Shown: positions 56,560-64,000 of the stretch, in pieces
Position numbering within the stretch: the first letter of the stretch is position 1
Layout of the letters: each line of letters opens with the position of its first letter
Assembly (NCBI GenBank): GCA_036675975.1
Contig: JAKFDU010000032.1
Span: 5-64,004 of the forward strand
From: Devosia sp.
Lineage (GTDB): Bacteria; Pseudomonadota; Alphaproteobacteria; Rhizobiales; Devosiaceae
Length of the DNA: 64,000 nt
Direction: 5' to 3'
Notes under the pieces: model-generated
Databases searched by the model: none
What the model was told of the DNA's origin: nothing
What the model saw: the letters and a program-made list of their open reading frames with translations, nothing else
Translations under genes and position numbers: made by a program

Positions 56560-56605
56560 TGATTTATTGAAGACCTATCGTGCCGCCTGGCTCGGGGAGT
56601 TGCCC

Positions 56606-57376
56606 GTGACGTCGCTGAACCGCCTCTATACACCCCTGCGCAACCTGCTGTTTGCCGGGGTGGCGGTCGTGGCGATCAGCGCCTGCGCATCCAACCGCGG
56701 CAACATGCCGTCGCCTGAGTATTCCGGCATGGCGGCCGGCCAGAGCCAGCAAAGCCTGGGCGAGCTGACCGCCCGCTACAAGGCCAATCCCAAGGACAAG
56801 GGCATCGCCATCCACTATGCGGCCGCATTGCGCGCCGTGGGGCAAAGCCAACAGGCGGTGTCGGTGCTCGAAATCAGCATGAGCCAGTATCCTGGCGACG
56901 TCGACATATCGGTCGCCTATGCGAAGGCGCTGACGGCGGAGGGTCGGTTCGAGCAATCGCTGCAGGTGCTCGACAACGTGATCCGCCCCGAAGCACCGGA
57001 CTGGAACGCCCTATTGGTCAAGGGCGCCACGCTCGACCAGTTGGGCCGCAACCAGGAAGCGCGCGCGCTCTATACGCAGGCCCTGGTCTTCGCACCGGGC
57101 GAGGCCTCGATCGAGGCCAATATGGGCCTGAGTTACGCCATGACCAGCGAATTGCCGGCCGCCGAACAGCATCTGCGCCGTGCCGTGCAAATGCGCGGCG
57201 CTACAAGCCGGATTCGCCAGAACCTGGCACTGATCATCGGGCTGCAGGGGCGGTTCGACGAATGCCGGGCCATCTACGCGGCGGAACTGCCGCCCGAACA
57301 GGTGGAGAGCAACATGGCCTATGTGCGCGCGCTGCTTACCCAGCAGAACCGCTGGGATATGATCGACAAGGGCTGA
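56606..57376 (+). CDS. tadD: Tad pilus TPR lipoprotein
   Basis: GTG 56606 with GGGGAG RBS, lipobox ISAC, TPR helices, NMGLSYAM, RQNLALIIGLQG; next to the tad genes. Confidence 0.75.
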   Translation: MTSLNRLYTPLRNLLFAGVAVVAISACASNRGNMPSPEYSGMAAGQSQQSLGELTARYKANPKDKGIAIHYAAALRAVGQSQQAVSVLEISMSQYPGDVDISVAYAKALTAEGRFEQSLQVLDNVIRPEAPDWNALLVKGATLDQLGRNQEARALYTQALVFAPGEASIEANMGLSYAMTSELPAAEQHLRRAVQMRGATSRIRQNLALIIGLQGRFDECRAIYAAELPPEQVESNMAYVRALLTQQNRWDMIDKG

Positions 57377-57421
57377 CGCCGTCCGCCTCTCCTGTAGGGT
57401 GTCAATCAACAGGAGGTTGTC

Positions 57422-57880
57422 ATGACGGACAGCAGCAAGCATCGCCAACTGGCGGTCGCGATAGTCAGGGACATTTCGCCAAAGGACCTAGTGGCCGTTC
57501 AGGCCTGGGCGGAAGGCCTGATAGCGATCAAGGAGGGCAACCAGTCTCGCTTGAACAAGGCGAGAGCAGCCATTGCGCTCACGCTGGTCAGCAAGATCGT
57601 GTGGCCGGCCGTTAAGTCGGCTGCGGCAACGACCAAGAAAATTGGCTGGGATGACCGGAGCAGCACAGCACGGCTCGGCTTGGCCGGCGCGGGCGTAGGC
57701 TTGGCACTCTTTGGTGGTCAGAGTGCCGGAATTGCCGCGCTGGGTACCGCTATTGGCCTTCCCTTGTGGATCGTACTTGGCGCAGGTTCTGCTTTTGCGG
57801 GTGTTTTCGTGGAAGAAATACGACGAGCGCGCGCTTCAACAACCGACCAGAGCAACCCTAGTCAGAATCCGATGGACTAA
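57422..57880 (+). CDS. Hypothetical protein with Gly/Ala-rich hydrophobic hairpin
   Basis: AGGAGG RBS; GC about 60% by hand count; stop overlaps the tadC stop. Confidence 0.7.
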   Translation: MTDSSKHRQLAVAIVRDISPKDLVAVQAWAEGLIAIKEGNQSRLNKARAAIALTLVSKIVWPAVKSAAATTKKIGWDDRSSTARLGLAGAGVGLALFGGQSAGIAALGTAIGLPLWIVLGAGSAFAGVFVEEIRRARASTTDQSNPSQNPMD

Positions 57881-58884
57881 CCACCGACCGTCGCCGCCAC
57901 CGGACCGCCGAAGACCTTGATCATGGCCGGCGCCATGATGACGATGAACAACACCGGCAGGAAGAACAGGATCAGCGGCACGGTCAGCTTCGGCGGCAGC
58001 GAGGCAGCCTTCTTTTCGGCGTCCATCATGCGACCCTCGCGGCCTTCCTCGGCCATGACGCGGAGGGCCTGGCCCACCGAGGTGCCGTAGCGATCGGCCT
58101 GGATCAGGGCCGTCATCACCGACTTGACGCCGTCGAGACCGGTGCGGCGGCCCAGATTGTCGTAGGCGCGGCCGCGGTCTTCAAGGAAAGACAGCTCCGC
58201 GGTGGTGAGCGTCAGCTCTTCGGCCAGCTCGACGCTCTGCGCACCGATTTCCTTGGCCACACGCTTGAAGGCATGTTCCATCGACATGCCCGCCTCGACG
58301 CAAAGCAGCAGCAGATCAAGGCAGTCCGGCCATGCCTTCTTGATCGATGCTTGACGCTTGGAGGTGGTATTCTTGAGCATCAGATTGGGCAGATAGACGC
58401 CCAAGAGGCCAGCACCAATGGCGTAGACGAGGTTGAGGTAAAGCGGCCGGTCGCCCGACGCCAGTATCATGACGTAAACGCCCACCACCACGAAAACGAC
58501 CAGCGGCGTGATGAAACGCATGAACAGGAAGGTGGTGAGGTGCCCCTGCCCGCGATAGCCGGCCATGGCCAGCTTATCGACAGTGGCATCGTCCTGGAAC
58601 GCCTTCTTGAGATCGAAGCGCTCCACCACATTCTTCATATAGGTCTTGGTTTCGGCATTGCGGCGAATGCCCCGGCCCTCGGTGACCCCGCCGCCGCCGC
58701 GCAGACGGGCCATTTCTTCGGCGCGCATCTTTTCGCGCTCCAGGGCGACGCGCTTGATGCGGTCGCGCATTTCGGAGCGGACGATGAAGCTGGAGCCGAA
58801 GGTGAAGACCACGGCCGCCATCGAGATGGCCGCCAGGATAGCGATCAGGGAATCGCGCTGGGTCAGAAGCTCGATGATGTTCAT
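57877..58884 (-). CDS. tadC: Tad inner-membrane platform protein
   Basis: PDCLDLLLLCVEAG, LIQADRYGTSV, KLTVPLILFFLP (T2SSF domain). Confidence 0.92.
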   Translation of the reverse strand: MNIIELLTQRDSLIAILAAISMAAVVFTFGSSFIVRSEMRDRIKRVALEREKMRAEEMARLRGGGGVTEGRGIRRNAETKTYMKNVVERFDLKKAFQDDATVDKLAMAGYRGQGHLTTFLFMRFITPLVVFVVVGVYVMILASGDRPLYLNLVYAIGAGLLGVYLPNLMLKNTTSKRQASIKKAWPDCLDLLLLCVEAGMSMEHAFKRVAKEIGAQSVELAEELTLTTAELSFLEDRGRAYDNLGRRTGLDGVKSVMTALIQADRYGTSVGQALRVMAEEGREGRMMDAEKKAASLPPKLTVPLILFFLPVLFIVIMAPAMIKVFGGPVAATVGG

Positions 58885-58899
58885 GGCAACCTTCCCCCG

Positions 58900-59874
58900 T
58901 CAGTAATCGAACTGGATCATGCGGTTCATGATGAATATGCCCAAGGCCAGCATGAACACGCCAATGCCCAGCCAGATATGACCCAGCGGGGTGAAGAAGA
59001 GTGGTGCGAGATAGGCCGGCGAGACCACGCTCACCAGAATGCCGACGACGAAAGGCAGTGAGCCGATGATGCCGGCGGAAGCCTTGGCTTCGGAGGACAT
59101 GGCCTTGATCTTCTGCTTCATCTTCTTGCGGTTGCGCAGCACCTTGGCAAGGTTGCCCAGAGCTTCGCTGAGATTGCCGCCGGCCTGCTGCTGCACGGTG
59201 ATGACGACGACGAAGAAGTTGACCTCGGCTAGCGGCACCCGGTCGAGCAGAATGGTCACCGCCTCGGTCATGGACATGCCGAAGGCCTGTTGATCGAGCA
59301 CGCGACCGAATTCGGAGCGCACCGGCTCCTTGGCATCCTTGGCGACCACGCGGATGGAGTCATTGAGCGGCAGGCCAGTCTTGACGCCGCGCACGATAGC
59401 TTCCACGGCATTGGGCAACTCGTCGAGAAACTTGTCCTGATACTTCTTGCGCCGGCGGCCGACATACATGCGTGGCAGCAGATAGCCCGCGGCCAGCGCG
59501 AATACCGGCGCGAGATAGACCGGCACCTGCACGAGCACCAGGATGACCAGCACGACGACGCCAAAGATGATGCTGTTGCGGATAAAAGCTGATGGCTTGA
59601 TGGTCATGCCGGCCTGGAACAGCAACTGCGGCAGCTTCACGCGCTTTTTGGCATTGAGCGCGTCAGTTTGGGATTTCAGCGCCTGCTGCACGGTTTTGCG
59701 CCGGTCGTCGCGGCTGCGGGCGGCGGTGGCTTCCAGGCGATTGACCCTGATATCGCCCTGCAGCGCCTTGCGCCGCTTCTCGGCGCGGCCACCGCCAAGT
59801 GCCGACGGCACAAGCGCAAACCCCGCCGCACCGACGGTGACCATGGCCAGAATGACGAGCAGGATGGTGGTCAT
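58900..59874 (-). CDS. tadB: Tad inner-membrane platform protein
   Basis: LPNAVEAIVRGVKTG, QQQAGGNLSEALGNL, MSSEAKASA. Confidence 0.92.
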   Translation of the reverse strand: MTTILLVILAMVTVGAAGFALVPSALGGGRAEKRRKALQGDIRVNRLEATAARSRDDRRKTVQQALKSQTDALNAKKRVKLPQLLFQAGMTIKPSAFIRNSIIFGVVVLVILVLVQVPVYLAPVFALAAGYLLPRMYVGRRRKKYQDKFLDELPNAVEAIVRGVKTGLPLNDSIRVVAKDAKEPVRSEFGRVLDQQAFGMSMTEAVTILLDRVPLAEVNFFVVVITVQQQAGGNLSEALGNLAKVLRNRKKMKQKIKAMSSEAKASAGIIGSLPFVVGILVSVVSPAYLAPLFFTPLGHIWLGIGVFMLALGIFIMNRMIQFDY

Positions 59875-61370
59875 CAGGAATCCAGCAGCTGATGCTGTTC
59901 GGTATTGGACTTTTCGAGAGCTTCGATGAGGTTGGCCTCCTCGTTGAAGTAGCGGGCGCGCTCGGCAAATTGCGGCTTGGTAATGCCGGTCGAGCGATGC
60001 TTGCCCACCAGCATGCCGTTCCCGTCTTCGCCCATGATGTCGTAGAGGAAGATGTCCTGGGTCACGATCACGTCGCCTTCCATGCCGAGGATCTCGGTGA
60101 TGTGGGTGATGCGGCGCGAGCCGTCGCGCAGGCGGGCGGCCTGCACCACGACATCGATGGACGAGGTGATCATCTCGCGGATGGTGCGGCTGGGCAGGCT
60201 ATAGCCGCCCATGGTGATCATGGATTCAAGGCGGCTGAGCGCCTCGCGCGGGCTGTTGGCGTGGAGCGTGCCCATGGAGCCGTCATGGCCGGTGTTCATG
60301 GCCTGGAGCAGGTCGAAACTCTCGGGGCCACGGACTTCGCCGACGATGATGCGTTCGGGACGCATACGCAGGCAGTTCTTGATGAGATCGCGCATGGTGA
60401 TCTCGCCTTCGCCCTCGAGGTTGGGCGGGCGGGTTTCGAGACGCACCACATGAGGCTGCTGCAGCTGGAGTTCGGCCGAGTCTTCGCAGGTGATGACGCG
60501 CTCATCCTTCTCGATGAAGGCGGTGAGGCAATTGAGCAAAGTGGTCTTGCCCGAACCGGTACCGCCCGAGATCAGCACATTGGCGCGGACGCGGCCGAGA
60601 ATGCGCAACACTTCAGCGCCCTCGGGCGAAATGGAACCGTATTTGACGAGCTGCTGGAGGGTCAGCTTGTCCTTCTTGAACTTGCGGATGGTGAGCGCGG
60701 CGCCGTCGATGGCCAGCGGCGGGGCGATGACGTTGACGCGGGAACCGTCAGGGAGGCGGGCGTCGCAGATGGGGGAGCTTTCATCGACGCGGCGACCGAC
60801 CTGGCTGACGATACGCTGGCAGACATTCATCAGGTGGGCATCGTCGCGGAAGCGCACATTGGTCAGGCGCACCTTGCCGGCGACTTCGATGTAGCACTTT
60901 TGCGACCCGTTCACCATGATGTCGGCGATGTCGTCGCGGGCTAGCAACGGCTCAAGCGGGCCATAACCCAGCACGTCGTTGCAGATGTCCTCGAGCAGGT
61001 CTTCCTGCTCGGAAATCGACATGATGATGGACTTGAGCGCGATGATTTCGGCGACGATATCGCGGATTTCCTCGCGTGCCGCGTCCTGATCCATGGTCGC
61101 GAGCTGGCTAAGGTCGATCGAGTCGATCAGCGCGTTGAAGATGGCCGACTTGGTGTGGAAATATTCCTTGTCGCGTGCGGCATCGGCGGGGGCGCGGACG
61201 TCGACGACGTCCTCGCTGCCGGCGCGCATGCGGCCGGCCATGGTGTCCATGTCGGCGGCACGGCGCGCCGGCGCCGGCGGTTCAGCGCGGGGTGCGGCAC
61301 TGGGAATCGGGCGCGGCATTTCGCCGACGCCCGGTGTATTGCCGCCAAAGGATGTGCGCTTGCCAAACAT
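59874..61370 (-). CDS. cpaF: Tad pilus assembly ATPase
   Basis: [52 protein letters not shown]. Confidence 0.96.
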   Translation of the reverse strand: MFGKRTSFGGNTPGVGEMPRPIPSAAPRAEPPAPARRAADMDTMAGRMRAGSEDVVDVRAPADAARDKEYFHTKSAIFNALIDSIDLSQLATMDQDAAREEIRDIVAEIIALKSIIMSISEQEDLLEDICNDVLGYGPLEPLLARDDIADIMVNGSQKCYIEVAGKVRLTNVRFRDDAHLMNVCQRIVSQVGRRVDESSPICDARLPDGSRVNVIAPPLAIDGAALTIRKFKKDKLTLQQLVKYGSISPEGAEVLRILGRVRANVLISGGTGSGKTTLLNCLTAFIEKDERVITCEDSAELQLQQPHVVRLETRPPNLEGEGEITMRDLIKNCLRMRPERIIVGEVRGPESFDLLQAMNTGHDGSMGTLHANSPREALSRLESMITMGGYSLPSRTIREMITSSIDVVVQAARLRDGSRRITHITEILGMEGDVIVTQDIFLYDIMGEDGNGMLVGKHRSTGITKPQFAERARYFNEEANLIEALEKSNTEQHQLLDS

Positions 61371-61403
61371 GGTCGTCCTACCGTTCGAAAGGTCAGAGCC
61401 GCC

Positions 61404-62675
61404 CTAGGCCCGCTTCTTCAGGAACGAGGGCAGCTTCATCATGCTCGATGATTTGCCCCCGGAATGGGTCGCCTGCCGTCCCGTCACATGCATGCTGATG
61501 GCGCGGTAGACGTCGTTGATCTTGTTGTTGGCAGCGACCTCGGCGATCATCTGCCCATTATTGGCGGCAGTGCCGAACAGGGCCGCGTCGAACGGCAGCT
61601 GGCCGATGAGCTGGCACTCCACGGAACTGGCGAACTCAGCCGGATTGATTTCGGGGCGGCGCGGCATGGCGACCTTGTTGAGCACCAGGCACGGCGCGTT
61701 TTCCGTCGGGCGCAGCGCGCGCACCGTGTCGGCAAGATTCTTCGCATTACGGAGATTGGCGAGATCTGGCTCGGCGACGATCACCACCTCGTCGACGGTA
61801 GCCAGGGTCTGCCGCACCCAGGCGTTCCAGGCATGGGGAATGTCGAGCACGACCATCGGCATGGTGTTCTGGCACAGCTCGAGCACCTGCTCGAACTCAC
61901 GCTCCTCGAAATCGTAGGTGCGGTCCAGGGTGACCGGCGCGGTCAGCAAGCTGATGTGGTTGGCCGCCTTGCTCATCAGGCGATCCAGCATGGTCTGGTC
62001 GACCTTCTGGTTGGCCATCAGCGCGTCGGCGAGGCCATGTGGCGGATCCTGGTTGAAGTTGAGGCCGGCTGTGCCGAAGGCCAGGTCCATGTCGAGGATC
62101 AGGCTGTCCTGCCGCAGCGCCGTGGCAATGGCCCAGGCCACGTTATGCGCAACGGTGGAGCTGCCAGCGCCACCTTTGGCGGAGACAAAGGCCACGGTGC
62201 GGCCGATGGGGGCGGCATTCTCGGAGGCGAAGAGCTCGGTGATGGCGCCGACGATTTGCTGGGCGGTCGCGGGCAGCACGATATATTCGGAAATGCCCGA
62301 GCGGATCAGCTCGCGGTAAAGCAGCACGTCGTTGACGTGGCCCAGCACCACGACGCGGGTCGAGGCGTCGCATACATCGGCCAGCCGCTCGAGCGCGCCC
62401 GGAATTTCATCCGGAGGCAGGAGCGTCTCGACAATGATCAGGTTTGGGGTCGGGTTCGACTTGTAGGTCTCGACCGCGCCGTCGATACCGCCATTGTGCG
62501 TCGTCAGGGCGACCTTGGACATGCGCCGGTCATAGATGGCGCTTTCAACCAGCTGGGCAGTCTGGGAATGCTCGCAGAACGCCTGGATGGTTATGCGCGG
62601 GATCAGCCGGGCGCCTGGGGCAATATCGGCCGACGGCTCTTCGCCCCGCTTGGGCTCTGATGACAGGAAACTCAT
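61404..62675 (-). CDS. cpaE: Tad pilus localisation protein (receiver-like + MinD-like)
   Basis: RITIQAF, LGHVNDVxLYRELIxxGISEY, deviant P-loop AKGGAGSST. Confidence 0.92.
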   Translation of the reverse strand: MSFLSSEPKRGEEPSADIAPGARLIPRITIQAFCEHSQTAQLVESAIYDRRMSKVALTTHNGGIDGAVETYKSNPTPNLIIVETLLPPDEIPGALERLADVCDASTRVVVLGHVNDVLLYRELIRSGISEYIVLPATAQQIVGAITELFASENAAPIGRTVAFVSAKGGAGSSTVAHNVAWAIATALRQDSLILDMDLAFGTAGLNFNQDPPHGLADALMANQKVDQTMLDRLMSKAANHISLLTAPVTLDRTYDFEEREFEQVLELCQNTMPMVVLDIPHAWNAWVRQTLATVDEVVIVAEPDLANLRNAKNLADTVRALRPTENAPCLVLNKVAMPRRPEINPAEFASSVECQLIGQLPFDAALFGTAANNGQMIAEVAANNKINDVYRAISMHVTGRQATHSGGKSSSMMKLPSFLKKRA

Positions 62676-62701
62676 TAAACCGATACTCCTTGACGCTGGC
62701 C

Positions 62702-64000
62702 TCAGTCGAGGACGAAGCCGACCGAACCGCTGAAGGCGCCGCGCATTTCGCCATTGCTGCCGACCCCATACATGGTCTCCAGCTTGCCCAGGAAGATGGC
62801 CTCAGCATCGCTCGCCACTGCCGTACGGTCGGTGGGCACGGGGATGGAATTGGCCGGGCTGGGGCCTACCAGATAGGGGGTGACCAGAATGACCAGCTCG
62901 GTTTGCTGCGTCTGGAAGTCCCGCGAGCGGAACAGGGCACCCAGGATCGGGATATCACCCAGCAACGGCAGCTGGTCGATCTGCTGACGGGTGGTCTCCT
63001 GCAGCAAGCCGCCGATGGCCAGCGTGGTGCCAGCCGGGAGCTCGACGGACGTCGCCGCCTGCCGCTTCGTCAGCGCGCCGTTCGTCTGGGGTTCGGACAC
63101 CGACGTGTCGACCGCAAGGGCGATCATGCCGTTGGACTTGACCACCGGCGTGAAGGCCAGTTCCACGCCATAGGGTCGGAAGACGATGGTCCGAACGCCG
63201 TTGGCGTCCGTGGTGCCGTAGGGAATCTCGCCGCCGGCGAGGAAAGTGGCCGCCTGTCCGGAGATGGCAGTCAGGGTCGGCTGGGCGAGAACGCGCAGGG
63301 CGCCGCGGGTCTCCAGCGCGCGGATTGCGGCATTGATGTTGAGGTCGCCGATGCTGCCGATTGCGCTGACACCGTTCGTCGCCAAGCCACTGGCGACATC
63401 GTTATTGAAGCCCAGATTGACATTGCCAACACTCATGCTGCCCGACAGATTGATACCAAACTGCTTGGCGACGTCGCGGTTGACCTCCGAGACGGTGACC
63501 TGGAGCATGACCTGCTGCGGCCCGATGACCTGGATGAGACTGCCCTCGCTGTCGGACTCGGAGATGCCGTTGGCCATAGCCTCGGCGTTGGCCTTATCCT
63601 CCGCAGTAAGGACCGTCCCCGTCAGCACGAAGTAAAGTTTGTCGTTGACCGAGGAGTCCGAAAGGGTTTCGACTTGGATGTTGGACCCGGGAATAACACG
63701 TGCCAATGCCGCCTCGAGCGCACGACCAGCCTCGAAAGGCGGCTGCACGATCGTCACACTCAATACGCTGATGGTGCGGCCGGCATCATCGAGGAAGAAA
63801 ATGTTGGTCGCCCCTTCGGCCATACCCTGCAGAATGGCGCGAGTGCGCGTGCGCATGATGGCTGCAGCAAGGTTGGGCTGCGACACAATTACCTCTGCGA
63901 CGCCTGCCGGTAAGTCGACCAGTATGGATTTGTTGACCTGAATCTCCACCGGCCGGGTCGCTCCATAGGCGGCAGAGGCGATGGTGATGTGCGTTTCCTC
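62702..64000 (-). CDS. cpaC: Tad secretin (5-prime end outside the window)
   Basis: QQVMLQVTVSEV, LAQPTLTAISGQxAxFLAGGE, IPILGALFRS, LVILVTP; frame open to base 64000. Confidence 0.92.
   Translation of the reverse strand, partial: EETHITIASAAYGATRPVEIQVNKSILVDLPAGVAEVIVSQPNLAAAIMRTRTRAILQGMAEGATNIFFLDDAGRTISVLSVTIVQPPFEAGRALEAALARVIPGSNIQVETLSDSSVNDKLYFVLTGTVLTAEDKANAEAMANGISESDSEGSLIQVIGPQQVMLQVTVSEVNRDVAKQFGINLSGSMSVGNVNLGFNNDVASGLATNGVSAIGSIGDLNINAAIRALETRGALRVLAQPTLTAISGQAATFLAGGEIPYGTTDANGVRTIVFRPYGVELAFTPVVKSNGMIALAVDTSVSEPQTNGALTKRQAATSVELPAGTTLAIGGLLQETTRQQIDQLPLLGDIPILGALFRSRDFQTQQTELVILVTPYLVGPSPANSIPVPTDRTAVASDAEAIFLGKLETMYGVGSNGEMRGAFSGSVGFVLD

Noticed and set aside
10463-57880. 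Repeated 4-nt stop-codon overlaps of convergent genes (10463, 39548, 44162, 54130, 57877)
   Set aside because: Common compact arrangement (CTAG/CTAA) in high-GC alphaproteobacteria; no special system implied.
57877-64000. Tad locus as a conjugation or type II/IV secretion island
   Set aside because: Gene set and order are those of the standard chromosomal cpa/tad pilus; no relaxase, integrase or effector genes seen.

Overview
High-GC (about 65% by eye) core-chromosome segment of an alphaproteobacterium (Hyphomicrobiales; Devosia-like by gene style, inference only). No prophage, IS, CRISPR array, rRNA or tRNA is visible. Content from left to right: phoR and ppk2; a six-gene gamma-glutamylation amine (probably ethanolamine) catabolic cluster; hexonate catabolism genes; an ABC exporter with a long structured leader; an L-fuconate-type sugar pathway with ABC importer and IclR, split by an oppositely oriented diguanylate cyclase; a PAS-GGDEF cyclase; two flavoprotein disulfide reductases including sthA; dapD-dapE, truA-fmt-def, rmuC, recR-ybaB-dnaX and the SRP RNA; pheA, cycM, ghrA, a MarR-GNAT fusion, an M17 peptidase; and the distal part of a Tad/Cpa pilus locus cut by the window end. 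At least four families of short palindromic intergenic repeats occur. Best candidates for undescribed biology: (1) a promoter/operator/15-codon leader-peptide attenuator in front of the ABC exporter; (2) a possible non-contiguous operon in which the sugar-catabolism transcript would run antisense through a diguanylate cyclase; (3) several small or unknown proteins, two of them below the ORF-track cutoff, each preceded by a recognisable global-regulator motif (FNR/FixK, CtrA, EcfG). All calls are from reading the sequence; no database search was run.
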